The notes under the pieces were generated by a model. It was given only the letters and a program-made list of their open reading frames with translations. It did no database searches and had not been told where the DNA came from. From positions 124,001 through 188,000 of the forward strand of contig JAHDYR010000002.1 in NCBI GenBank assembly GCA_019828565.1: DNA of 64,000 bases, read 5' to 3'. Source of the stretch: Carpediemonas membranifera BICM (taxonomy: Eukaryota; Protista; Fornicata). Position numbers and translations under genes: made by a program. Positions 34,601-45,990 of this stretch are shown piece after piece. The stretch's first letter is position 1. Each line of letters starts with the position of its first letter.

Positions 34601-35063
34601 AGTTTTGGCTCCGCTGGCCTTGCCAGTCAGACAGGCTGACGATCCGGTAGACTCCGTCCATTCCCACAGGGAACCAGTCGCCGCCCAAGCGATTGCAGCC
34701 GATCGGTGCACTTGGACGTTGAAGGCATAGGGTCTCCCGTCGACCACGAAACCCAGCAGCGGGCTGTCCGAGGCCCTGACCCCTAACTGGTAGTAGCCCT
34801 TGACTAGGTCCAAGCGTGCCATGTAGTCTCCTTCGCGAAGCTGGGCCATCGCTTGCTTGACTCCCTTCAGCCGAAAGGTTCGATGTTCCGTTGACACTGC
34901 GTTCAATGCCCTTAGGTCGTGGATCAGACGCGTCTCTGGTGGCGTCTTCGGCACAGTGAAGATAGGTGAGATCAAGCTGGGAGACCGGCATGGGCTTGCC
35001 GCGCCCAGGCTCAGGAGGGTTTTCAGGTGGTCGCGGAATGCCTTGCGGTCCTTGGCGCGAGTT
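31633..35063 (-). mobile_element. Tandem array (~2.4 units of 1341-1342 bp) of an internally deleted DIRS-like element
   Basis: Near-identical units each carry gag (32665..33240, 34006..34581) and an RT N-terminus (LGAPSEVVTWLREG, RLIHDLR, LDLVKGYYQ) stopping before YxDD. A 47-bp repeat occurs at 31633, 31942, 33284 and 34625. Confidence 0.85.
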
Positions 35064-35073
35064 AGGTGTGCTC

Positions 35074-35196
35074 TGTAGAGGTACCAACACGCTTAGGCGT
35101 TCCTCGAAGGGGTGACACAAACTGTGACATTCAGCTTACACAGCAGGACGAGTAGCAGGACACATTAAATTCTTTCTTCTTTCTTCTTCTTCTACA
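35074..35196. repeat. candidate solo LTR (123 bp)
   Basis: Ends TGTAGA...TCTACA (6-bp inverted repeat), flanks GCTC/ACTC, sits directly before RT codons LNRDKC of the adjacent gypsy fragment. Confidence 0.5.
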
Positions 35197-37156
35197 ACTC
35201 AACCGTGACAAGTGCCAGTTTTCGAGGGCCGAGGTCGAATTCCTGGGCAGGGTCATATCCCATGGCTGTCAACGCATCGCAGCGGACCGCATTCAAGACA
35301 TCCTGGATCTCGAAATGCCTAAGTCGGTCAAGGGAATGCAAGCGCTCGTCGGATTTCTTAACTATTTCCGGGATCATGTCCCTGGTTTCGCAGAAGTAGT
35401 ACACCCCTTAACTCAAGCGATGGCCTCCAAGATCCCGCTGGGTGGCGACGAGCAAGAGCAAGCCCTACGCAAAGTCAAGACACTCCTCGCCCAAGCAGAA
35501 GCACTCGCCATCTTCGATGCGTCCAAGGAACACACTATTATGACCGACGCGTCAGGGCTAGGCTACGGCGCAGTACTATTGCAGGAAGGCCAACCCGTGT
35601 GCTTTATGAGCAAGGCCTTTGACCAAGTGCAATCGCGATGGTCGGTCGGAGAGAAGGAGGCATTCGCCATCGTCGCCGCCATTAAGCGATGGAACAAGTA
35701 CCTCTCCTGGGGAAAGTTCACCCTCCTCACAGACGATCGCAACCTGATTTACATGCACAAGTCGACTAACGCCAAGGTCCGCAGATGGGCTGAGGCTATG
35801 TCCGACATGGTCTTCGACGTCAAGCACGTCGCTGGCCTTGATAACGGTGGGGCAGACGGCTTATCGCGAGTGTACGTTATGCAGTCCGCATCAGAAGATG
35901 ACGTTGAAGCAGAACACCTCACCGCCGGGGCCCACCTCTCCCGACGCGTGGTCACTGAACGACTCAAGGACCAAGGCAAGTCAGTATCACGTGAGACTGT
36001 CAGCAAGGTCATCGAAAACTGTCCGGTGTGCCAGGTGATTAGACGCCCTCCGGTTGACAGCCCGTCAGGATTGCACACAGCCGTAGATCGCCCGTTCCGT
36101 AGGGTGGCAGTTGACACGATGGGGCCTTTCCCCTCCGTCGACGGCAAGGCTTACATCACAGTCATGATCGACATGTGCAGTCGGTGGACTGAGCTAGTCG
36201 CATCTTCGAGTACCACCGGCGCGGCAGCAGCGGACGCCCTGGTCAACAACTGGATATTGCGTTTCGGGTGCCCTGAGGTTCTCCAATCCGACGGAGGACC
36301 AGAGTTCAAGAACCAACTCTTCAAGCGCATCGCAGATGAGATGGGGTTCAAGATCCATATTACCACGGCTCACCACCCGCAATCCAATGGGATGGTAGAG
36401 CGCGCCAACCAGCAAGTATTACGCATCCTCAAGGCGCGTAAGTTTCAGCTCAGAGGGTCAACCTGGATCGAGAATCTACCTGTCGCCCAGTTCATCGTTA
36501 ATTCATCCCCGCGCACGTCTACACGCCTGTCACCAGCCGAGATAGTTCTCGGGTACGACCTGAGAATACCACAGAACGTGTATGTGACTGATTCTAGTAC
36601 AGCGAGCGCGAGTGAGTCTCACAGGGAAGCGGCCGCAGCGGCTGTCCAACTCGCCAGCAGCCGAGTCCAGGCGATGAGAGAGGACGCCCTCGCAAAGGCT
36701 ACTGCCTCGAGGAATGAGATTATTAGCAGGTTCGTCGTAGTCAAGTACCCCTCTAGACCACCGAACAAGTTGTCACCTGGATGGAGAGGGCCAATGCGAA
36801 GGCTCGCCGGAGTGAAACAACACGGTGTCGTTGTCGCGTATAAGGTTTTAGACCTAGCTGAGAAGGACAACTCGAAAGCGATCACGGTAGACGCATCGAG
36901 AGTTCGGAAGTTCAATCCCGGCAGGCTGACAGAAGATCAGATCAAAGCACTCGCAGCCACGGCTGACGACGAGTGGGAAGTTGAGCGAATCAGTCGATCT
37001 CGAGGTCGAGGCCCGATGTCCAAGCGGGAATACCTCGTCCATTGGGCTGGGTGCGAAGACGAAGAGGCCACGTGGCAAGACTATTCGTCAGTCAAGGACC
37101 TAGAGGCGCTAGACATATTCCTGAAGTCAGACGAGGCCAAGCGAGCCGGTCTGTAA
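35197..37156 (+). mobile_element. Ty3/gypsy 3' fragment (RT end, RNaseH, integrase, chromodomain); ORF 35315..37156
   Basis: MTDASGLG, GEKEA, TDDRNL, HHCC, VDTMGP, SDGGPEF, NGMVER, WEVERI...YLVHWAG. Confidence 0.9.
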
Positions 37157-37189
37157 ACCTTCAGCAGCTACTCAATCCAAACCTTTATC

Positions 37190-37504
37190 TCACTCCAAAA
37201 CACCCCCGCTGAGAGCACCGTTCGCGTCCTCAGACCGAGTACAATAGCGAACTAGCTCGGGATGAGCAGCAAAGTACTTGACCCCAGCCTGACTATCACG
37301 GATTGCCTCGGTTGCCAGGATAATCGAGCTGTACTCGCGTCGAGCATAGTGCACGAGCAGATGCAGGGAATTCTCATGCAGATGGTGGCCAACGATTGCC
37401 TCAAGCACATACACACGACGTGGCTCGTTATGATCGAGCGCGACGGGCAGGACGTCACTGCCGGGGACATCGAACAGGAAGTTGTCCATCAAAGAGTGGC
37501 GCAC
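37190..37504 (-). pseudogene. degenerate chromodomain remnant of a gypsy element
   Basis: YVLEAIVGHH...LLVHY...YFAAHPEL resembles the chromodomain tail at 8205 (YFAQHPEL). Confidence 0.5.
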
Positions 37505-37706
37505 ATGACCGAAACCAGTGGGGATGTGATGTCCGTGATGCCACGAATGGTATGTGAATCAGAGTATCGATACTGTGACATGATGAGGAGATGATAGATG
37601 AACTGTTTACATAAAGTGCACCGCAGGGTGACTATGCGGAGTCAAGGGGACACCACAGTTCTCCGAAGAGAGCTATAATATCGACGATCTGTCAACTGGG
37701 AGCATT

Positions 37707-38304
37707 GTGTGCTGCTCATGCGGCTGCCCCCATTCTTCGAACAAGAGCAAGCCGTTCGACTTCTTCTGTGTCAGCTGCCACAACCTCATGCCTCCCCAGA
37801 AGGATGCCTCATTCTTCCAGCTCTCATGGGTTCGTGGAAAAGTTCAAGATGGAACTCAAGAGCTTGGAGAAGAGATACCGCAAGCTTCAAATGCATGTCC
37901 ACCCCGACAAGTTCCACAGCAACGGCGGCGATCAGCTTGAGATGGCCGAGGAGCATTCATCTATCCTCAACACGGCCTACTGGACCCTCCGGGACCCAGA
38001 ACAGCGTGCTTTCTACATGCTTTCCCGCCGCGGCTTTGATATCTCGGAAGAACACATGAGCAAACAAGTGCCGTTCGACCCGATGTTCCTCATGGAGGTC
38101 ATGGAGACCCGTGAGATCATCGAGGAGGTCCCAGCTGAAGCAATGGCTGACATGCCCTCGGATGTGGACAAGGACATTGCTATAAGAGTCGAGCGGCTAG
38201 GAGAGCTCCTTGACAACGACCAGGACAAGGAGGCGTTCGAGATGGCTGTGCAGCTCCGCTACATGAACCAGATTAGACGGGAGTTGTATGAGCTTGTCGG
38301 TTGA
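37707..38304 (+). CDS. HSCB: HscB/Hsc20 (Jac1) Fe-S cluster J-domain co-chaperone; frameshift at ~37822, 5' end unresolved
   Basis: CxxC..CxxC (CCSC, CVSC) in frame 37707, then LQMHVHPDKF, SSILNTAYWTLRDP-RA-Y, FLMEVME-RE and LRY in frame 37705. Confidence 0.85.
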
Positions 38305-41300
38305 AATCATTTACAGTAAACCGCAGCGGGGTAAAAGTGGTCAAAACTGGACGGAGCAGTTTATAGACCGGTGACACTACCTCCCTTTTTGATGAGAAAA
38401 CCCCCAACCTGCAAGGAACGGGGGAAAAAGATGGTTAGTAGAGTTTCAGGTTCTTCCTCGCCTTACGGGCCAACCTCTTCATCTCCTCGAGGTGTTTCAC
38501 TCCCGAGAGTGGTTCTTCCGTTATGTTTTCGAATCCTACCCACTTGATGGCGGCTGTCCCTTCTTTCCAGTCTACCGATACTACTCGCTCTACCTCCCAT
38601 TTTTTTCTGGTCGAAGCTTGCAAGTTGAAGCATCATCGTGTCCGTTACGGCATCCGTGTCGAACATCATGAGTTTTTCAATGTGGGTTGATCTGGTCGAT
38701 CCGTCGAGTATCGACTGCAGGACTATTCTGTTATTATCAAGTACATCGTGTACCTTCCATGGGCCCCTGTTGCGCGCGTCTAGCTTCTGAGGGGCCTCAT
38801 CTTTCCAGAGGACGTAGTCACCCGGCTTCAGTTCGGTGTTGACTATTGTCTTTTGGCCCGGGCCCACACTCTCTCTGGCAGTGGTCTCCAGGGCGTTAAG
38901 GGCCAGCTCCAGGTCCTTTTTGAACTCTGGGAAATCTCTGATCGGAGAGTTGTTGTCGTTCGTCCACCAGCTTGTAAACATGTTGTGCTCATGGCCAAAT
39001 ATCAGCTCGTGCGGGGAGAACTTCGTGGCCGTATGTGTCGTGCCGTTGATAATCATCTGGACCGTCGGTAGGAGTCCGCACCACTGGTCTTTGTAGGCTA
39101 TTGCCAGGACAAGCCACCGTAGGTGTCTTCCAATCTCCGCATTCCTTCTCTCCACGAGACCATTGCTCTGTGGATGAAACGGGATGGTGAAGTGGTGTGC
39201 GACTTTCAATGACGTTGTGAGTTGTTCAACTATCGAGTTCGCGTACTCCGGGCCGCCGTCGGACAGAATCTCCGCCGGTATCCCGTGTCGCGTGAAAACG
39301 TGGTCCCATAGGGCCCTGGCGGAGGTCTCGGCGTCGATCGATGCGACTGCGACGAGCTCGGTGTATCTTGTAAACATGTCTACAGCCACAATGATGTAGC
39401 GAGCGCCCAGCGAATCCGTTGGGAGAGGGCCAATTGTGTCGACTGCCACTGTCTCCCATGGTCTGGTGCGTCTTGTCTGGCCCTTTTGGGCGATAAAGTA
39501 GTCCTTGATGCGAGTCTTCAGACAAATGGGGCACGTCTTGATGTGCTTTTTGACGTCCAAGAGCATCCCCGGCCAAAATGCAGACGTGGCGAGTGCTTGG
39601 AACGTTGAATTTGCTCCCGTATGAAATTGGTGAGCGGTCCGAAGGGCCTTGTCGCGTGTCTCTCCCTTGGGGATAATCGGCACTCCGTCCTTGAAGTAGA
39701 TCGAGTTTTCGATGGATACTCCCTCTAGTTTCTCCCAGCCGACTCGAGTTGACTCCAGGTGCCATGGCCTGGGCAGCCTGGATCAACTCAAGGGTCAGCC
39801 CTGGGCCGGCGTCCTCCGCCTCTAGCAGGTTCAGCTGCGGCCCGAGGTCCCCCTCGGGGAAGGATACGCGACAGCATGTCTGCCATCTTGTTTGTCTCTC
39901 CAGCAATATGCTCGATCGTAATGTTGTAGTCCGACAAGACAGACGTCCACCTGAGGAGTTTCTTGGAAAGCTCCTTCCTCTGCATGAGATATACCAGATT
40001 CTGGTGGTCGGTGCGGATCTGTATGTTGTCCTTGAGGCGGAAAAGTTGAGCCATGTCAGGTCTCGTGAGACAAAAAGATGATAGCATGAAGCTCTTGTTC
40101 GTAGGTCGGCCACCTAGTCTGGGTTGGCGTATGACACTTTGCGAAGAGCGAGACGATCTCTCGGTTGCCGGAGTCGTCTTCTTGGAACAGAATGCCCCCT
40201 AGTCCGTCGTTCGACGCGTCCGTCTCGAGGGTCCACTTCTTTGAGAAGTCGGGGAAATGGAGGACTGTGTCTGAGCTGAGTCTCTCCTTGAACGTTGTAA
40301 ACGCCTCTTCTTGTTTGGGGGTTCCAAGTTATGTTCTTTGAGTTCTCCTGTGCCGTTAGCATCTCGTTGAGAGGTTTGAGGATTCGTGATGAGTCCGGGA
40401 CGAACTGGGCGACATAGTTGAATGATCCCAGTGTCCTCTGAAGCTCCTTTGCGGTGGACGGGAGCGGTATGGCGTTTACCGCCTCTACCTTCTCTGGGGC
40501 AAGTTGTTTCCCCTTCTCCGAGACAATATACCCGACGGCCTCGACGTGGGCTGAGCCTATCGTGCACTTCGGGCCTTTAAGGCGCAGTGAATAATGTCTA
40601 CAGATCCTGAAGACGGTTTTGATCAGGGTGAGAAACTGGGCCTCGGTCTTGGCGTAAATCAAGATGTCGTCAAGATAGATGTCCACCCCTTTGTGGAGGA
40701 CCTCGGCGAACGCCTTCTGCATGGCGCGTTGGAATCTCGCCGGGGCGTTCATCAGGCCGAATGGACATCTGGTGAACTCGCAGTATGCGTCTGGAGTGAC
40801 AAAAGCGGTTTTGGGGATATCTTCCTCGTGCATCCGCATCTGGTAGTAGCCTTGTCTGAGGTCTAGGCCTGCAAAGTATTTGCAGCCTGATGCTCGGTCT
40901 ACAAACTCGCGCGTGTTAGGCAGGGGGAAGTTATCCCTCACTGTCTTGGAGTTTAACTCCTTGTAGTCAATGCAAAGACGGATCTTGGTCGATCCTTTGT
41001 GGCCCTGCCTGACTACTACGATCGGCGAGCTGTACGGCCCAGTCGAGTCCTGGATTATCCCGTCTCGCCTGAGTTGTTCTAGCTCTGTCGACACCAGGCC
41101 TTGGGTCACTGGGTCGAGTCTGCGAGCGCGGCATTGTACAATTGCCCGCTCGTCTATCAGTTCAATCGACATGGGTTCCAGTCGAGACCCTTCCTTGGGT
41201 AGTTCTTCCTCGAAGATATCGTCAAATGAGTTGATTATCTCGAGAATCTCGGGTCGGATCTTCGACTCCGGGACGTGGACACCACAGTAGTCGTCGGTTA

Positions 41301-42656
41301 TCGCCATGTTTGCGTCCTCCGTGAGATATTCATGGTAGAACGGCAGCCAGTCCTCGTCCTCCCTCAATTGAGGAGAGCTTGTGCAGGTTAAGGTTGAGTG
41401 TGCCATCGCCAATGAGTGCGAGTGACCTCAGCAAGTCACACCCGATGAGAGCCTTGAAGAACTCACCGGGGAGTACGTAGTACTTCCATGTAACCTCCAA
41501 CGGTGTGACACCTAGTGCTGGGAATGCTGCCTTAAATGTGACTGCTTGATCTGTCACGAGGGAGCGTCCGTCTCCTAGCGTGACCTTGATCTTTTCCTCG
41601 AGAGAGGTCTGCACTGTGTCCTTGGGTAGGGTACGTAGTGCCTTCGAACTAATGAAGCTTCGGCTTGCACCAGTGTCTACAACGAACGAGTAAGTTTTGC
41701 CTTTTACAGTAGCGGGGGTCGTCAGTGGACCCTTCCCGCCCTTCTCGTTAGTCGACGCGCTGTCGGCGTTGTTGTTCTCGCTGTAGCGGGGGTGCTTATC
41801 GCATCTGAAGTCCATGTGGGGACCGCCACAGAAACGACAGGGGCGCGACGGCTTCTTGGGTCCGTCGGCCGGCGGGCGCTTGGCCGCGTCCGGGCGGTAC
41901 TGGGCCTTCCTGGCCTGGGCCGGGGCCTTGGGTCCGCCGGCCGGGGTTTGCGAGAGGGGTTGATCATGGTCATACGCCCTAGCAGCCCTAAGAGCCACCG
42001 CTACGGTGTCCTCGAAGGTCTTGACGTTGTGGAGAGCAAGCAAGGTCTGTGCCTTCTTGCGGAATGCTGTCGGGTTCAGGGACTCCCGGAAGAGCCGTGC
42101 AGCCAGCTTATCAAAGCTTGCGAGCAGTTCGTCGGCATTGGGGTTGTCGTCGATGGGGTCCAAGAACCCTTCTGGGTCTGGCGTCTTGGAGTAGAGCTCG
42201 ATGCGCTTGCGGAATGCTGCCGCTTGTAGTCTCGTGCCAGCTTCGAAGTTGCGTGCGGTGCTCGGCACCATGGGGAAACGAAGGTCTTGGAGCTCTTCGA
42301 CGAGTGCTAGGATGGAGTGGGGAAGGAGCCGCTGGCGACACCATTCGGTGAAGTTCTTGAGAGTGTAGTTCTTGTCGGATGTGTCTATGCCTTCGGCCTT
42401 GAGTTCGAGGGCAAATGACTCCTCAATGAGGACGGACAGTGGGATGCTTGGGTTTTGTATAGTAAAAATCGTTGCTCGGCGCTCAAACTCCTCAAGAGTC
42501 TCTAGTGTTAGATTTGAAGGAGAAAGCTCAGGAATTTGAACAGTTAACGACATCAGCACAGCTAATACTAGTATTGTCGGTTGAAATCATTTACAGTAAA
42601 CCGCAGCGGGGTAAAAGTGGTCAAAACTGGACGGAGCAGTTTATAGACCGGTGACA
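38295..42656 (-). mobile_element. Full-length Ty3/gypsy chromodomain retrotransposon, 4362 bp; identical 82-bp LTRs (38295-38376, 42575-42656); TSD AGCT
   Basis: TG..CA LTRs, PPT AAAAAGGGAGGTAG, gag CRFCGGPHMDFRC, PR VDTGAS, RT YLDD, RNaseH ETDAS, IN, chromodomain WEVERV..IKWVGF; several frameshifts. Confidence 0.95.
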
Positions 42657-43409
42657 AGCTGGTGTAGTCTCGTTGGCGTTTTTACTTTTCTTTTATTTAT
42701 TCGATATGTACCTTAATTCAGGCTTGTTGTGGTCTTTGACGTGCATGAAATACAAGCTTAATGAGCTTATTGGGCTATGAAACGTTGTTTTACAACATGA
42801 TTGATCTCTTTCCCTCGAGAGGCAGACTGTTACTTGCCCAGCAACGCAATAAACCACGTCATTATAATATGTAACCATTCATAGATTGGTATCACCGAGA
42901 CACGCACTAAACACCCGCCCCGCCCCGCCGGCGTTTATTTAGACGGTGGCTGTGATGACTACACGCATGACGAAGCGGACTCGGGCTGGCATCTTCGAAG
43001 AGTGGCACCGTTGGACTATGGATGAGCGCATTAAGCACGGGAACGACAGGCGCGCCCGGCAGCACTATAGGCGGAGGCAACTTGAGTTGTTTATGTCTGC
43101 CTGGCGCACTTATGTGGACAGCATGACGTGGTAAGGAGTTGTGATAAAGATAACTATCGACACACGTGCGAGTCAACTGCGCCACTTTTCTCATCCCATC
43201 AATCAGGGTGAGGCTGTGCGTTGTGGGTCTACCTCCGAGTCCACCGATCTGATCAAATCTCCGGTCACAAGCGGAGTCGAGCCAGTCACACTTCACAGTT
43301 GAACACTCAGCGTGACAGACCCAGACCTTCCAGACAGAAGTCGTGTTGAACTGTGATTTATCGCTGAGAAGCAGACTCGGACCCGACTCAAGCTGGAGTC
43401 AATATCACT

Positions 43410-44873
43410 TCACAATTCAGTCGACTCTTCGGCGCCCGGGGTCCACGGATCGACGTCGACAGTGACGATTGTATGCACATCTGAACGAGGCGGCGCCTCG
43501 CAGTCTTCCATCTCAATAGCTTCATCCAAGTCTTTCAACGGCCTGAACCACTGGCCGCACTTACAGAAGCTGCAACTGCTGAAAGCTGTCGCCTCGAAGG
43601 GGATAATGATGGGTTCAGCATCACACTTACAATAATGGCTCTTGCCCTCGGTGACCCAGATCAGGTCGAAGTTTGATGCGAAGAACCCCTTGACCCTCTC
43701 TGGGAACCGGAGCGGGGTGGCTGTGAGGCAGCTGTCGTCCTTATTGTATCCAGGAAGCAGGCCCGACTGGACAATATGCTTGAGAACCATCCCGGCGAAG
43801 AGCGGCTGGCGGCCGCTGAGGAATATGTTGAAGAACCATTCGGACATGACCCGGTCAACCCTGAAGGGCAGGTCGACGAAGCCGGTCACCCAATTCTCGT
43901 GCCCGAGTCCCAGGCGGCCATCCCAGTTGCTCCCGCTGATCATCTGCCGATCGCCCATGGAGAGGATGGCAACTCTGCTACCCTGCATGATGTGATCTGG
44001 GACAAAGCCAGGTGGCACAGCGACTGGGTTGAAGTGATATACGTTCTCCACCTTGACTGGGCCGACATATCTCTGAGCATCACTGCCGGCCATGACAGTG
44101 CCGACTGGGGTGAGGATGAACGTCCGATATCCCTTCATCGACACATCAGTCACCATCATGTGCTTCTCCCAGGGGGGCAGGCTGGCCTCGAGCACGACGA
44201 CCTCGGGGCAGGTGGGGAAGGTGAGGCGGGTCAGGTCGGCGAACTCGCGATATGATGACTCGAACCCCAGCTGGCCATGTTTGTTCTCCTCCCAGCCCCA
44301 CATGCCCTTGGGCGTCCTGGTGATGTAGGTTGACCATTCGATACAGACCTCGAGGGCCCTGGGCATTCTGGCCCTAGTGAAGGAGGTGTCGTAATCATCA
44401 ATGCAGAGCATGAAGAGTCGGCCCATGTACATGCGGTGGTGGTAGCATCTCCCGAATGCATTCCACTGACAGCTCTCGCCGTCCTTCTCGGCGACGTTCC
44501 AGGTGAAGAAGAACTTGCGGCAGAGGAACCAGAGGCACTTGGCCTCGGGCGTGAGAGCCTTGTAGATCATGTCACGCATCTCGATGGCGTCTGCCCAGTC
44601 CTCTGGATACTCCTCCAGCACCCTGTCCTCGAGGTCTGGGTTGGCCCCGCCACCCAGCAGACACGCCCACACCGCGCCCTGGTTGAGCGTGTGCAGGGCG
44701 GCCGGGAGCGCCTGCCCCGCCGCGAGCTCGACGTTCATGGACAGCGGGGGCCACTGGTGAGGATCGAGCGGGCGCGATCGAGGAGGACTTGCGCGGCTGG
44801 CTCGAGAGGGGGGATCTCGGAGAGCATGGCGGTGAGGGAATCGAGCGATGCGGTGCAGTCTGCCCCAAGTCAT
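43410..44873 (-). CDS. RCC1-repeat-like protein
   Basis: WGWEENKHGQLG and SGSNWDGRLGLGH resemble RCC1 repeats; start uncertain. Confidence 0.55.
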   Translation of the reverse strand: MTWGRLHRIARFPHRHALRDPPSRASRASPPRSRPLDPHQWPPLSMNVELAAGQALPAALHTLNQGAVWACLLGGGANPDLEDRVLEEYPEDWADAIEMRDMIYKALTPEAKCLWFLCRKFFFTWNVAEKDGESCQWNAFGRCYHHRMYMGRLFMLCIDDYDTSFTRARMPRALEVCIEWSTYITRTPKGMWGWEENKHGQLGFESSYREFADLTRLTFPTCPEVVVLEASLPPWEKHMMVTDVSMKGYRTFILTPVGTVMAGSDAQRYVGPVKVENVYHFNPVAVPPGFVPDHIMQGSRVAILSMGDRQMISGSNWDGRLGLGHENWVTGFVDLPFRVDRVMSEWFFNIFLSGRQPLFAGMVLKHIVQSGLLPGYNKDDSCLTATPLRFPERVKGFFASNFDLIWVTEGKSHYCKCDAEPIIIPFEATAFSSCSFCKCGQWFRPLKDLDEAIEMEDCEAPPRSDVHTIVTVDVDPWTPGAEESTEL

Positions 44874-45901
44874 CCCGTGAACCCCGATAGGTCAGCCATA
44901 GCAGGGTCATCGCTCAGCCCGACAAGAGCAGCCCTCAGGCCGCCCGTGAGGTTCAGCCGGTCATTCGTATGGTGGTAGTGTGACTTCTGGTGACTCACCC
45001 GGGCTTCAGGGGTGAGTCCCTCGGCCATGAGAGGTCGCACACGCCAGCTGACGCCCTGCATGGTGGTTGACAGGGCTCTAGACCTGTCATTGGCCAGAAC
45101 AGTGGCTTTAGTCGGGTCGACCAGGTGCACCAGTCCGTCGTTGATTGCCTCCTTCACAACCTTGGCTCCTTCACTCGCCATGAGCTGAGGGAAAGCTCCG
45201 GTCGCAAGAGTGGTGCATACGTACTCCACAGCCTTGAATAGGAGTGGCATGTGGCATGCGGCGTGGATTTCCACGAGAGACTGTGTGTTGATCACTCGAC
45301 CGCGTTCCCGACACAACGAAACCCGCTCAGAGTCGATTAATGGCGGGACTACAGTCAGCTTGTGTAGCTTGTCCACGTCATGCATCATTCGCTTGATGTG
45401 TTTGTCTGCAGGCGGTGGGTGGGCGCCAAGCATGGGGAGGAGGATGGAACAACAAACTACTCGGAAGAACACACAGCACACGGACACCTCCTCGCCGCTG
45501 GTCAGTTTGGTGCGGATCTGGCTCGCATTGACAGGTCCGAAGACCTCTATGTCGGTCGGATGGGTGCGCATGAACGCTTCTAAATGTTTGACGACGTCGT
45601 TTGCAGGAGGGATCGAGTTCCAGTCGATTGCTGCGATATCGGACGCGCGTGGTGGCGAGGAAGGCTCATTGGTGCCGTGAGAAGAGCCAATGCGGCCCTC
45701 GTCTTCTGTGGGATTCATTGCTTTGTGAAGACGGGCCAAGGCGTCCTTTGTGGCCAATTCAATCACCCGATCCTCTGCATTCCTGATCTTTTCTCTCACC
45801 TTCTTCAACTTCAAGCCTCGTGGTGTTTGTGATTTGTTCGGGTTTGAAGAGTCAGGCATTCTGAGAACCCGCGACTCAAGCAAGTCAAGTAAGCTTGGCA
45901 A
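44870..45901 (-). CDS. hypothetical protein
   Basis: 343-aa ORF; may contain an unresolved intron (Cys/Val-rich stretch at ~45410-45490). Confidence 0.5.
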   Translation of the reverse strand: MPSLLDLLESRVLRMPDSSNPNKSQTPRGLKLKKVREKIRNAEDRVIELATKDALARLHKAMNPTEDEGRIGSSHGTNEPSSPPRASDIAAIDWNSIPPANDVVKHLEAFMRTHPTDIEVFGPVNASQIRTKLTSGEEVSVCCVFFRVVCCSILLPMLGAHPPPADKHIKRMMHDVDKLHKLTVVPPLIDSERVSLCRERGRVINTQSLVEIHAACHMPLLFKAVEYVCTTLATGAFPQLMASEGAKVVKEAINDGLVHLVDPTKATVLANDRSRALSTTMQGVSWRVRPLMAEGLTPEARVSHQKSHYHHTNDRLNLTGGLRAALVGLSDDPAMADLSGFTG

Positions 45902-45990
45902 ATAGCAGCAGAGCGCCGCGGGAACAAGTCACAAACGGCAGCGCAGGGTCAATGTTTACAGAATAAAATGAAGGTTGATCTGATCATCGT

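Noticed and set aside
31633-34671. 47-bp repeats as a CRISPR-like array
   Set aside because: The spacing is ~1.3 kb and the intervening DNA is duplicated DIRS sequence in a eukaryotic context.
42564-42656. Tf1-type self-priming as the explanation for the missing PBS
   Set aside because: Neither confirmed LTR contains a sequence complementary to its post-LTR segment; the segment is complementary to itself.
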